Below, piece by piece: positions 25,072 through 37,061 of a stretch of DNA of 64,000 nucleotides (its first letter is position 1; each line of letters starts with the position of its first letter). Made by a program: the position numbers and the translations under genes. Source of the stretch: Ginglymostoma cirratum (taxonomy: Eukaryota); NCBI GenBank assembly GCA_024137785.1, contig JAHRHZ010000145.1, positions 26,563,146 through 26,627,145 of the forward strand. Direction: 5' to 3'. The notes beneath the pieces were generated by a model. It was not told the origin of the DNA and did no database searches. It was given only the letters and a program-made list of their open reading frames with translations.

Positions 25072-25195
25072 GTGAAATAACCACAGAAGCTGGGCCCTGT
25101 CACCCTTTAGTTATTTGCACACAGTACACTGGCTGTGGGCAGCCAGCCCAGAGGTTTTCCCCTGAATTGAGGAGTCTAAATCCCTTGTTTATTAT
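25072..25195 (-). mobile_element. Partial LTR of the Gypsy family
   Basis: tgaaataacc...gtcaccctttagttatt..gcacacagtacactggctgtgggcag resembles 25646-25770. Confidence 0.75.
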
Positions 25196-26404
25196 ATTTA
25201 AAATTTTAGTTTGCAGAGTTCCATTTACCAGATATTATAATTTCACTGGAAAGTTTTAGTTTCACTCTACTGTCCACAGTGTAGATTTTTTCCTGCATGG
25301 TGTGACACATGCATAAGCTTTCCTTTGTAAGGATGTTTACAATTTTGTTCCACATACTGCAAAGAGAAAATTTTCCACTAAGAGATAGTTCCAAACTTGT
25401 ACACAATATGGGGGTTGCTTCACTTCAGCAAAGTGGAAAGATGAGCAAATGGAAGTGGGCTAATCACATCTTAACTGAATACCACATATGCCAGTCAGAT
25501 CATATATTGATAGGTTGCATAAGGAAGAATGATGAACACAGTGACTGTATTCAAAGTCATATTTTCACATGTAAAATAAGAGAAAATGCTGGAGAAATCA
25601 ACAGATCTGGTAGCATCTGTAGAACATGTAATGGAGTTGGCATTTTGAAATAACTACACAGAGGCTGGTTCCAGTCACCCTTTATTTAAAAGTGCATAGT
25701 ACACCAGCTGTGGGCAGTCAGCTCAGAGCCAATCACCTGATTGGAGGAGTTCCTAATCTCCTGGTTATAGTGGTCAGCCCAGGCTTTCCTGTTTGGATTG
25801 TTAACCTGGGCTAATCAAGAACCTCACAGTTAATGAGACCAACCTGGTCCCATTCACTACATCCCTCCTAACAAGTCCCAGGATGTAGGCCTGGTCTTTT
25901 GCTTGTAGCTTCTTGTGATGCTTTTGCTCCAGGTCTGGTTCCTCTGACTTGGACTCTGGTACACACCAGCTGTGTCTGACTGGCCTGTCTCAAGAGTCTT
26001 CTTCTGGCAGCAACAGTATCAAGGCTGCATCCATTTCAGACTCTGCAGTTTCCATAGACACTAGACAGGAGGGGCGAGTTATTTTTTGCTCCTGCCTCCT
26101 TTGCAAGGTAACAGCTTTCAGGTGATCCACATGTTTGTTCAGGACTGCATCACCTACCCAACCTTTGTAAATCATAGGATCTGACCTCACTACAACCTCA
26201 CTTCTTACCTACACAGGGCCATTTCTAGGGATCCGGTGCCAAATTTCATAGAATTAAGTTGTCTCTTACTTGGAGATGGGGCTGGCACTGGCATTCCTGC
26301 TGCAGTTTCATCCTACCCTCCAGGTCCAGAATTTAACTTGGGTCAGACTCTTCTCCCCATCAGCAATTCTGCTGGAGCTATCCTTGTGTGTGTATCAGGT
26401 GGTC

Positions 26405-26432
26405 CTGATGAAGGGTTTCGGCCCGAAACGTC
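26405..26432 (+). ncRNA. Minimal hammerhead ribozyme core, intact
   Basis: CTGATGA-A-GGGT(TTCG)GCCC-GAAAC-GTC; the 5' strand of stem I is replaced by target DNA. Confidence 0.75.
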
Positions 26433-26528
26433 AAGTTTTCCTGCTCCTATGATGCTGCTTGACCTGTGTTCATCCAGCCCCATGCTGGTTATCTCGGATT
26501 CTCTAGCATCTGCAGTACCTTTTATCTC
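26405..26528 (+). mobile_element. 124-bp PLE pLTR-only insertion inside the Gypsy integrase
   Basis: 7-bp duplication TGGTCCT at 26400-26406 and 26529-26535; family A pLTR plus tail. Confidence 0.88.
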
Positions 26529-29500
26529 TGGTCCTATAATGGGAGTTTATCAATTGACACTGTAGGCTGCTTCTTTAAGCCTGTCTTCAGTGTTTGGAAT
26601 GGTCCTTCCACTCAACCATTGGATGATGGATGGTATAGAGCTGCCCTCATGTGCCGAGTACCATTTGACTTTAGGGAATATTCAAATTCCCTGCTGATAA
26701 AGTGACATTCAATTGTCTGTGACCAATATTTCTGGGAGTGTATTGCAAACAATGCTTGCAATTTCTCAATTGTCATCCCTGGGTTTGCCAAACAAACTTT
26801 ATGCACATCCAACCACTGAGTGGGCATCCACATGACCAGGAACATTAAGCACATGAAAAAGGACCTGCAACTGATTCCAGGGTTTACCCAGCCATTCCCA
26901 TGAATATGGAGCTGCTGCTGTTGGCAATGTGTCCTTGCTGGCACTCTGGAGATTGCCCCACAGATGCAGCTCTTTCAGCATCCAACTGTGGCCACCCAGC
27001 AGCTTCTTGCCAGCATCTTCATCTTGTAAACCTCTGGATGACCCTGGTGGAGTTTGGCCAGTATCTGGCAGTGACGTTTACTTAGGACAATCACCCTTGC
27101 ACCCCACAGTAAAATGCCATGCTCTACAATGATCTGGTCTCACCTGGTCCAAGAAGGTTTCAGTCCTGGTTGAAATGGCAAACCTGCTTCCCCCATTACC
27201 ACCAGCTGTTTCAGTTTTGCTAGGACAGGATCTTTGTGGATATTGTCAGCAGTGACTGGAAAGGTGTCCAAGAAGTTTAAAACCAAAATGGACTGTTCCA
27301 GGGGAGGCACCACAAGTAGGGTATCTGCTGGTGGGAGGCAGCTTAAGGCATCTGCATTAGTCACTTGGCTTCCTGAATGGAGTTCAAGTGTGTACTGTAC
27401 AAGCTGAGAATAAGGGCCCAATGCTCAATTCTACTGGAAGCTACAGGCAGCACCACCTTGTCTTCCTTCAGTAGCCCCAGCAGAGCTGGGATTTGTTACT
27501 GTGACAATTCCCATCCACAAAAGGGTTGGGTTGAACTTTCTCACTCCAAAGACGACCACAAAACCTTCCTTCTCTATCTGGGCATATTTGTGTTCAGCAT
27601 CAGTCAAGTCTGGGAAGCATACACTATCGGGTGTTCCTCTGTTAGGAGAGTGAGCCAACACTACCCTGATACTGTGCAGGTAGGCATCACATGTCAGCAC
27701 TACTTCTTGCTTCGGAAGATAGTGGGCCAACATCTTGGGCAACAATAGCTGCTTTTGTCACTTCCCTAAAGGCTACTTCTTGGCTACACAATCATTTAAG
27801 GTTGACCCTTTTTCAATAGCAGGTGTAAGGAGGCCAGGTCACATGACTTTTCCATACTCATACATTAACCAAGGAAAGGCCTAAGCTCTGGTTTAGATGT
27901 GGGAGCTGGGGCTCCTTTGATCACCCTCACACCTTCTTCCAATGGGTATAACCTGTTTTTTTTGACTAATCCAAGTAGGTCACTTGGACCACCTGGAACA
28001 CATTTTCCCCATCCAAGGCATATGCCTGCCCACAAGAAACATCCAAGTACTATGTCCATTTTCTCCAAGTGCTCTTTATCAGTCTTCCCTGTTATTAGCA
28101 TGTCATCCAGATAAATGGTAACCTGGAGTAGCCCTTGTAAAATGTTCTCCAGTCTGCTGGAAAAGAGCACAAGCTGATGATACTGCAGTCTTGTATACTG
28201 ACAGTCTTATGGGTATTAATTATAGTGTCCTTCCAGTACTCATCTAGTCACAATTGCAAGTAGGCATCACTCATGTCCAGCTTCAAAAAATACAGCTCCC
28301 CCACCAACTTTGCATACTAGTCCTCTACATGAGGGATTGTTATTCATCCAGCTGCAAGAAGTGGTTTACCTTTTGCTTGAAAAGCCTGCAAAGGCAAACC
28401 AAGCCATCAGGGTTCACAATTGGTATGACTGGAGCTGCCTGTTCTGCAAACTGCACTGGTTTGATGATGCCTTTGCTCCCCAGCCTTCTGATTGCTGCAT
28501 CCACTTTTGCCCATAAGGCTAATGGCAATGGGCAGGCCTTGCAAAATCTTGGAATTGCTTCCTGGTCAACAGGTACCATGGCTTTGGCCCTTTTGATAGG
28601 GCCAAACCCTTCCTGAAATACTCCAGGGTTTTTCGTGAGGTCTTTACTGAGGCAGCTATTTCTAATGGAAAAATGTTGAGCCAATCAAAATGAATCTCTC
28701 TCAAACAATTCCACCCCAACAGGCTTGGGCCTGAGCCTTTTACTACCATCAGTGTTAACTACACTAATTGCTTCTAATAGGCAACCCAAACAAAAGTCAT
28801 ACTCTTAATCTGTAATGGTTCCCCAGGGTATGTTTTCAGTCTGGCCGAGGTCCTGCACAAGCTTAAAGATTAAAGACTAGAGTCCTCAGCAAATCTTAAG
28901 GCAGGTTCTGCAACCATTGATACAGCTGTGCTATTATCAACCTCTATGGAACCTGGGTGACCATTTAACCAAATGTTAATTTTAAATTGGCTCCAATCTG
29001 ATTGTCACTAAGCAATTTAATTGTTCCAACACACATGCAAGGGAAATTTCCAGGGTGTGCACTCTGGGATATCAGCCTCCAAGTTTTCCTACTCAAGTGA
29101 GTCCTCATTGTAGTTACTGCCAATATGCAGACTTGAGACAACAAAGGAGTCCAATGACTTACCAACCCAGATCCTGAAAAACTTTAGCCACTTGGCCAAG
29201 GGCTTGGCTTTGTTGTGGGGTTCTGCTGTGGGCTGGGCTTAGGGTCCTTCTGCTCAGGACATGCCCTGCATGAGACTATGCGATTGCCTACACTCAGTGT
29301 TCCCCAAGGTCAGTCAGTCAGTGAGATGAGGGTGTCCACTTCCATTGGAACCCCTTGTAGTTCCCATCCTCCATTTGCCACATTTTCTAGTGACAAGGCC
29401 AGGCAGTGCCTGTTTAAAATCCAGTTGGGCTTCAGCTAGTAGGCACTTCTGCATGGTTACATCATTAATCCCACATACCAAACTATTTTAGCATCTCATT

Positions 29501-30632
29501 CAGGCTAACCCAAAATCACATGCCTCTGCAAGTCATCACAACCTCATCCAAAATCTTAATACAGAACCAGGGGAATTTGTAACAGCTGGATAAACTGATA
29601 GCATCTCAGGAGGTTTGGGGTCATAATATTTCTTAACCAACTGTCAACTCAAAGGTTTTAGTGTCTGGTACCTCTGGGAAAGTTAAGCCTCTTGTAACCA
29701 AGTGTGCTGAGGATCCACTAGGTTCCATCACCCTTTATTTACTTGTGCACAGTACATTGGCTGTGACTAGCCAGCTCAGTCAGAACTCAACTGAAGAGAT
29801 TCTAATCTCTTTAGATTTTTTCCCCTGTTAGTCTTTTATTAAACTGTACATTGATACAAAATAAAATCAAAGTGATAGTCAACAAAGCAAACAACAATTT
29901 ACAGGGAAATAGGGATGGAGAAACAAACCCCAAATCTCACCATGCAACCAGTCAGCAATTTACAGGGAAAACAGGAAGATAACCAAACTCCAAATTCCAC
30001 CATAAGAAAAGCTGTAGACAAAAGTACATACAAGATAAATCAATACAAACAATAAAAACATTCAATTGACAAACTCTGGCAAACCAGCAATCAGACCACA
30101 CTTACCTTTCAGTCACCTCCAGGACAGCCCGCCCCAATGCACTTTCTGACAGCTTCTAGGACAGCCTGCCCCTATACCTCCCCATGACAACAGCTTTCAG
30201 GGTGACCTACAAACCTGCTGGCTCTCAGGGTGACAGCTTTTGAGACAGCCTACACACCATCTGGTGTTCAGAACAGCCTACTCACCTTATCAGCAAGGCA
30301 TGCAAGACCCAGGGACACACAAAACAATCCAAATATAAAGACCCAGGTCCACACCCAAAGGCAGCAAACACACACCTCACAGCATATATATGAATACTCA
30401 GTCCATCCTTGAGGCCTGGTCCACTTGCAGAAACACAGCAGGCTACCAGAGACCAGCCCTACACAAGGATACAGCCCACCCATGGAGGGCCCATCTACCC
30501 TAGGGGCCTGGTCCACTCACAGAGGTCTAGCCCACTGATGGGAACACAGTCCACTGACTAACTCATGGAGGCTCAGTCCAGACAAAAAGAGAAAACCCAC
30601 ACAAGTGAAATGCAAATACTTAAAACTGTGGT

Positions 30633-30818
30633 ACAAGCATGGAGCTTGAGGAATACAGCAGGCCAGGCAGCATCAGAGGAGCAGGAAAGGTGATGTTTCA
30701 GATCAGCACTCTTCTTCATTTTTCTGAAGGGTCCCAACCCAAAATGTCAGTTTTCCTGTTCCTCTTATGCTACCTGGCCTGCTGTGTTCCTCCAGCATCA
30801 GCAGTTCTTACTTTCTCT
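30633..30818 (+). mobile_element. Old palindromic PLE mini-element (family A-like)
   Basis: gaggaatacagcaggccaggcagcatcagaggagcaggaaa ... tttcctgttcctcttatgctacctggcctgctgtgttcctc inverted arms around two decayed ribozyme halves. Confidence 0.8.
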
Positions 30819-31587
30819 GACCCATGCTACCAAGTCACCTTTGGTTCAGTTCCAAAAGTAACAATGCACTGGCTGTAACCAGCCAGTTTTCTAAAAAAGC
30901 AGTGCCCCAATGAGAATTAAAATCCAGCAGTCCCACTAGCTATAGCTAGCCAACTCAGAGTCAGAACTCAACAGAGGAGACTTTAATCTCCTGTATATAT
31001 TGGTCAGTCAAGGCTTTCCTGATTGGCCGAGCTTAACAACCCCAGTCAAGGACCTCTTACTTAACAAAGTCTGGTCCCAATCACTGCACTTTAATACAGA
31101 ATGAAATCTTGCTCATCATCTTGCATTGGAGGTTTTAGAGCCATTTTACACAAGCCTAAATTATCCCATTCTCAATTTGAATGCAGAATGATCCCAAATA
31201 ACACTTCATTGCAGCACCCAATTAATTGTATGCTGCATTGGTCTCCATGTAAACATTTTCAATTGAATTAAATGTTTTCTGTTGCAAAAGCTGCTGAAGT
31301 GCTTGAGCCAAGGCTTTCATATTAATTTCAAATTATTTGTTTTATATATTTTGCCATTATTTAATCATTACAAAGTAAAAGCTGAGATGGTTACAGGTAC
31401 CTCTTAACATGGTATTTCTCTCAACTGCCCAAAGCACTCTTAACTATGGATGAACAATTGCTTTGCACTAAATGCAATATTCCCTCTTTGTTTGTGTACA
31501 CTATATTAATATCAATAAAATGAAAAATGCTATTGGCATTTTCTTTTTTTTATCTACTCTTGCATTTTCAACAGATAACATAATAAC

Positions 31588-32180
31588 TTGAGACTTTATA
31601 AAGCTCTAGTTAGGCCCCATTTAGAATGCTGTGTCCAATTTTGGGTCCCACACCTCAGGAAGGACATAATGGCACTGGAGCGTGTCCAGCGGAGATTCGC
31701 ACGGATGATCCCTGGAATGGTAGGCCTAACATACGATGAACGGCTGAGAATCCTGGGATTGTATTCATTAGAGTTTAGAAGGTTGAGGGGAGATCTAATA
31801 GAAACTTACAAGATAATGCATGGCTTAGAAAGGGTGGACGCTGGGAAGTTGTTTCCGTTAGGTGGGGATACTAGGACCCGTGGGCACAGCCTTAGAATTA
31901 GAGGGGGTCAATTTAGAACGGAAATGAGGAGACATTTCTTCAGCCAGAGAGTGGTGGGCCTGTGGAATTCATTGCCACGGAGCGCAGTGGAGGCCGGGAC
32001 GTTGAATGTCTTCAAGGCAGAGATTGATAAATTCTTGATCTCGCAAGGAATCAAGGGCTACGGGGAGAGTGCGGGTAAGTGGAGTTGAAATGCCCATCAG
32101 CCATGATTAAATGGCGGAGTGGACTCGATGGGCCGAATGGCCTTACTTCCACTCCAATGTCTTATGGTCTTATGGTCTTA
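31588..32180 (+). mobile_element. Young 5'-truncated CR1 LINE (uninterrupted 166-codon ORF2 C-terminus, 31588-32088)
   Basis: LYKALVRPHLECCVQFW.P...LERVQRRF...LEFRRLRGDLIETYK...FFSQRVV.LWNSLP; CpGs retained; (TCTTATGG)n tail. Confidence 0.96.
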
Positions 32181-32189
32181 GGTTATTTC

Positions 32190-32324
32190 TGTTCTGAGGA
32201 AGGGTCAGCAGATCCGAAACGTTAACTCTGTTTTTTCCTCCACAGATGCTGCCAGACCTGCTGAGCTTTTCCAGCAACTTTGTTTTCGTTCCTGATTTAC
32301 AGCATCCGCAGTTCTTTTGGTTTT
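32190..32324 (+). mobile_element. PLE pLTR-only insertion (family C) with hammerhead at 32194-32223
   Basis: GTT-CTGAGGA-A-GGGTC(AGCA)GATCC-GAAAC-GTT-AAC; tail ctgatttacagcatccgcagttc; flanking GTTATTTC duplicated. Confidence 0.88.
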
Positions 32325-34433
32325 TAACATGTTATTTCCTCTGTCTATGCCTTTCAGCACCTTTTCATGGAGTATATATACTTCCACTCTTTAGTTTTCT
32401 TCCCAAATTGCATTAGGACACAATGTCCTGCATGAAGTTATATCAACCAACTATCTTCCATTCTGCTAACTTGCTTGTACTTTACTGAAATATTTTGCAA
32501 GTTTCCTGCGGCTTTATCAAGCCCTCTACTTATGTGAAATTAACAGGTGTTATGCTATCTGAAGGGAATTGAATAAATACTTCAAGCAATAAATTCAAAA
32601 GGCTTTGTGGTGAAAAAGGAGTGTCTCCAGAGAAAATGTTATGGGAGTGGGAGGAGAAGCTATCACGATAGATAACCATGAAGTCAGAAGAATGCATCCC
32701 CAGCTAACCAAAACAGCAAGTAAATGTACTGGAGGAAGATGATGTGACCAATTAAGTCAAAACCTGGAAGCAAGATCAGAAGAATGAGGGACGATAGTTT
32801 ATCGTTGCAAACAAAACCTGGTAGAGTGGTATGCATTGCTGCTCATCACCGGGGCCTGTGCTTGCAGCAGGTGCCTATACTTGGGCAACACCAGCCCTCT
32901 CTCAAATGGCTACTTCATGCTCCAATGATAGTAAATGCCTTTGTCTTTGGCCCTACAAAGCTCCTAAACAAGGTTTCCTGATAAGCTGCCTCCAGGGTGA
33001 TCAACCTGGGTACCCCACTGGCAATGAAATCCCCTCTGCCAGACCTTGCTCTGTGCAGAGCCCAAAGCAGCTCAGATGAAGAGGATTCAGTGTTGTAACT
33101 GCTTTGTGTCAATGCTACAACAAGCCTGATAATACAGGACATAAAAATTGCACAGCCTCCCAAATAGAAATCCGCTCATGTGCCTAGCGATCACGAAGAG
33201 CAATAACTCACCTCCCCACCACCTCACACCATCCCAACCCAACCCAAAATTAAACCTGGGTTTCGGCACAGTTGGTTGCAGAAACAAAATTAAAAACAAT
33301 TGATCAGTTTGAAACTATTGAACTGGAGAAAAATCAGCTTGAACCTCTAAAAGAATGATATTTGATGATGAGAAGAGATTAAAAGGAAATAATTGTTTCA
33401 ATGTTTAAAAGGTATTGACAAATTTTTAACTTAGCTCTTAAAGCAATTTTTCTATTATATCCTATTACAATAGCATCATATTATGAAGCTGCAAAAATGC
33501 TGGCAGTTGACATATGTGTATAAGTACTATGAATAAAGTACTGAAGAAAGTAAGAAAGGAGATGTTTTGAGACTAAGAACTAAAAATTTAAACGGGTTCG
33601 TGCACAAGCCGCATACAAGGTAAAAAGATCAGTCACATTCTTCACAAAGCTTGCTGCTCAATATCACAGCTCAAATAAGCCACCAGTACTTTGAGTAGAG
33701 TCAGTTCCTGAAAATGGTCCCACCCACAGTTATTTTCTAAGTCTGGAAGAGAAAAACATCTCCGGTTGAAAGGCAGCCTGCTTCCAACTCCTGCTCTTGT
33801 GTTAATTCTACCAAGGTTAGCTCAGTGTGTGTGCCACCAGAGGTAAACACAAGGTTTGTGTTAGCTAAACCCAGCTCTTAGCTCTGCTCCAGAACCCATC
33901 ACCTTCCCTAATGAGTATTTAAGTCTTCAGCATTTGTGGGTCTAGTCCATAAGCTCTTTAAACTAAAAGGCAAGGATGATTTTATTGGTTAACTCTGGTG
34001 GTTGACTCTTTTTTAATGGTCATTTTTATTAATGACTCAGTTTTGAAAAATTATCAATTTATTGTTTTGCTCAGGCTGAAGCTACTGTGAACCTCCTCTC
34101 TCAACCTTTCTCCTCACCTGAGGTGTGGTGACCATCAGATTAAACTCACCACAAGTTGTCTCTCTATCATGAGAAAGCAGCCGTGGAAACTCTATCCCAT
34201 TCTGTAGGATGCAAAGAACATCATAAATGTGTTGAGAATTTTGCTGGATTGAGGGCTGTTGATAAGGAGCCCAGAAACAGGAAAAGTGCTAGAGTACATG
34301 ATTTCTCTCCCTGACTCTGGTGACAAACACAATAGCTGTTATGACCATAAATCATAACCCTGGATCACCTAAGAACATATCAAACTTGAATTATGATGTA
34401 CTTTTATATAAAAGGCATACAGTCAACAGTTGA

Positions 34434-35584
34434 GATAACAAGGTGTGGAGCTGGATGAACACAGCAGGCCAAGCAGGCCAAGCAGCATCATAGGAGCAGG
34501 AAAGCTTGACGTTTCGGGCCTAGAACCCCACGCCGTCCACCTCCTCCAGAACTTCCCATTCCCCGGTCCCCAGCACCTCATTTTTACTATGGACGTCCAG
34601 TCTCTATAACCTGTATTCCCCATGCAGATGGCCTAAAGGCCCTCCACTTCTTCCTGTCCCGCAGGACACCTGCGCTCAGTTCGCAACAAACAACTGCACC
34701 TCCCAGTCGTAAACCATTTCAACTCCCCCTCCCATTCCTCAGACGACATGTCCATCCTGGGCCTCCTGCAATGCCACAATGATGCCACCCGAAGGCTGCA
34801 AGGACAGCAAATCATATTCAGCCTGGGAACCCTGCAGCCCAATGGTATCAATGTGGATTTCACAAGCTTCAAGATCTCCCCTCCCCCAACCGCATCCTAA
34901 AACCAGCCCAGCTCGTCCCCGCCTCCCTAACCTGTTCTTCCTCTCACCTATCCCCTCCTCCCACCTCAAGCCCCACCCCCATCTCCTATCTACTAACCTC
35001 ATCCCACCCCCTTGACCTGTCCGTCCTCCCTGGACTGACCTACTTCCTCCCTACCCCGCCACCTACACTCACCTTTACTGGCTCCACCCCCGCCTCTTTG
35101 ACTTGTCTGCGTCCTCTCCACCTATCCTCTCCACTATCCATCTTCTATCCGCCTCCCCGTCTCTCCCTATTTATTTCAGAACCCTCTTCCCCTTCCTCAC
35201 CTATCCCCTCCTCCCAGCTCAAGCTCCACCCCCATCTCCTATCCACTAACCTCATCCCGCCCCCTTGGCCTGTCCGTCCTCCCTGGACTGACCTACCTCC
35301 TCCCTACCCTCCCACCTACACTCACCTTTACTGGCTCCACCCCCGCCTCTTTGACTTGTCTGCCTCCTCTCCACCTATCCTCTCCTCTATCCATCTTCTA
35401 TCCGCCTCCCCCTCTCTCCCTATTTATTTCAGAACCCTCTTCCCCTCCCCCATTTCTGATGAAGGGTCTAGGCCCGAAATGTCAAGCTTTCCTGCTCCTA
35501 TGATGCTGCTTGGCCTGCTGTGTTCATCCAGCTCCACACCTTGTTGTCTCAGATTCTCCAGCATCTGCAGTACCTTTTATCTCT
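34434..35584 (+). mobile_element. Internally deleted fold-back PLE (family A, Neptune-like)
   Basis: Inverted pLTR 34434-34524; RT motif LIFTMDVQSL..CIPH; EN C-terminus HFNSPSHS...LGTLQPNGINVDF; hammerhead 35456-35483; 33-nt tail; 12-bp TSD GTCAACAGTTGA at 34422-34433 and 35585-35596. Confidence 0.93.
34943..35447 (+). repeat. Tandem duplication (2 x 253 bp) of the C-rich PLE 3' UTR
   Basis: ctcacctatcccctcctccca starts at 34943 and 35196; single copy in the sister element at 39828-40080. Confidence 0.92.
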
Positions 35585-37061
35585 GTCAACAGTTGACTAC
35601 AGATTGTAATTTAGAGGCTGGCTAGAAGGGAAGACTCAGGAATGTCACATCTAACAAGTTGTCAATGAGGCTTCAAAAAGCAAAAATGCACTATAAATCA
35701 AATTTATAATTTTCGGGGAGTATCTAATTTTGTCAACATAAAAAAAAAGCCTCCTGGGCAAGAGATATATTTGTGCTTTTTTAACTTTCAAGGATACACA
35801 GACTTAAAACACACTCTTCCAGCCTGGTGTATGGAATGGTATGCTGTGAGGGTCACAGCTTTAAGAACAGCTATTCTAAACACTCTTGCATTACATGAAA
35901 ATAAAACGGTAAAGTTTTCTATCACTCTAAGTGCAGCCACGACTTAAAGCGATAGGTCAAGGAAATTTCAATCAACCTACAAAGTCAAGAATCTCTAAGC
36001 TGACGGCTAACATTATTAATGCAACAGGTGACATCCAGAACAACAGCTACAATATTCAACTATTCACTCAACATAAACAATTCAGAGACTGATCTGCATT
36101 GTCTTATTTCTACTCTGTGTGTATGTGTCTTGTGTTACTATTTCTTCTCACACGTAGCAATTAATAAACATACTCTTTTTGTTAATTCAACAAAGCCTGG
36201 TTAAATTGCCTCCACTTTAAACGTAAGTTTATTTGGGTGTGGAAGATTTCTGTTCATAAGGGAAAGTATCTTCTGTAAATTATCATTGTTGCAACCGACC
36301 AAAGAGTGGGGTGGGGTTAGGGGTGGGGGAGGTAGGAGGTTGTGATGATGAAAAGAGGACTGAGATTCAGGTTGGGATGAATAAGGAAAATTCAGTCCTC
36401 TTCACCATGTGGCTTCACAGCTTGGGGACTTTCAACTGGGACTGTACAAAATTTGGGGACGTTGTGCAGGATCTTACCGTAACAGGAGTACAACTTTTGT
36501 CTACACTAAAATTAGCTTATGTTGGAGGCAAATTGAATGATCAATCTTCTAATGCAAAAGTTCAGATGTTACTAATTGAGCTAAGCAGTGTCAATTATTG
36601 ACATAATATTCCAGGATAGTCCTGAAACTTCAATCCTGAATATCCTGAATAATTTTATGTACCAAATCTTTCACATTCAGGAATGAATGAGCAACAGGAA
36701 GTCATTGTCCCTGGCGCAATATGTTATAAAGCATTAGATGCTAACACTGATCTGAGGATCAGCTTTCACAATATCCATTCCTACATTCCCCTGGGGTCAG
36801 ATTAATGGAACATGCACATTCCACCTAACCACCCCCCCAACTCCACCTCCACCATGCGACGGCCCACTTAAGTCTTTGCTGAGAGCTGAGGAACGTCAAC
36901 ACATGCAAAACTCATGGATTTGTGTGTCAAGAAAGCACCTGAGCCATGCTATGCTGCACTGATTAAATACACCTTTGAGGTACCAATCTACTATTGCAAC
37001 ACCATTATTGTTAACTTGAAAATATAGAGCAGGATTGTGTTTTTTTTGCTCTACTAATGAA

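Larger units (their letters stand above)
25646..31088 (-). mobile_element. Decayed Ty3/Gypsy (Mag-like) LTR retrotransposon, gag-PR-RT-RNaseH-IN order
   Basis: 3' LTR 25646-25861 with purine tract at 25862-25869; IN (YHPSSNG, IAPAELLMGRR); RH (LTCDA, YAQIEKEG); RT (IYLDDMLITG); PR-like EVDNSTAVS near 28930; gag (LVCGINDVTMQK.LLAE) 29400-29690; 5' LTR split 29720-29809 + 30946-31088. Confidence 0.92.

Noticed and set aside
27865-28684. Endogenous retrovirus or intact pol gene
   Set aside because: YLDD RT with Gypsy-type RNase H/IN, ~216-bp LTRs, no env, many frameshifts
31588-32088. Longest clean protein-like ORF (166 aa) as a host gene
   Set aside because: It is the CR1 ORF2 C-terminus with CR1 3' UTR and tail, starts at TTG and is 5'-truncated
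35098-35625. 175-aa Pro/Ser/Leu-rich ORF
   Set aside because: Chance frame through the duplicated C-rich PLE UTR and pLTR
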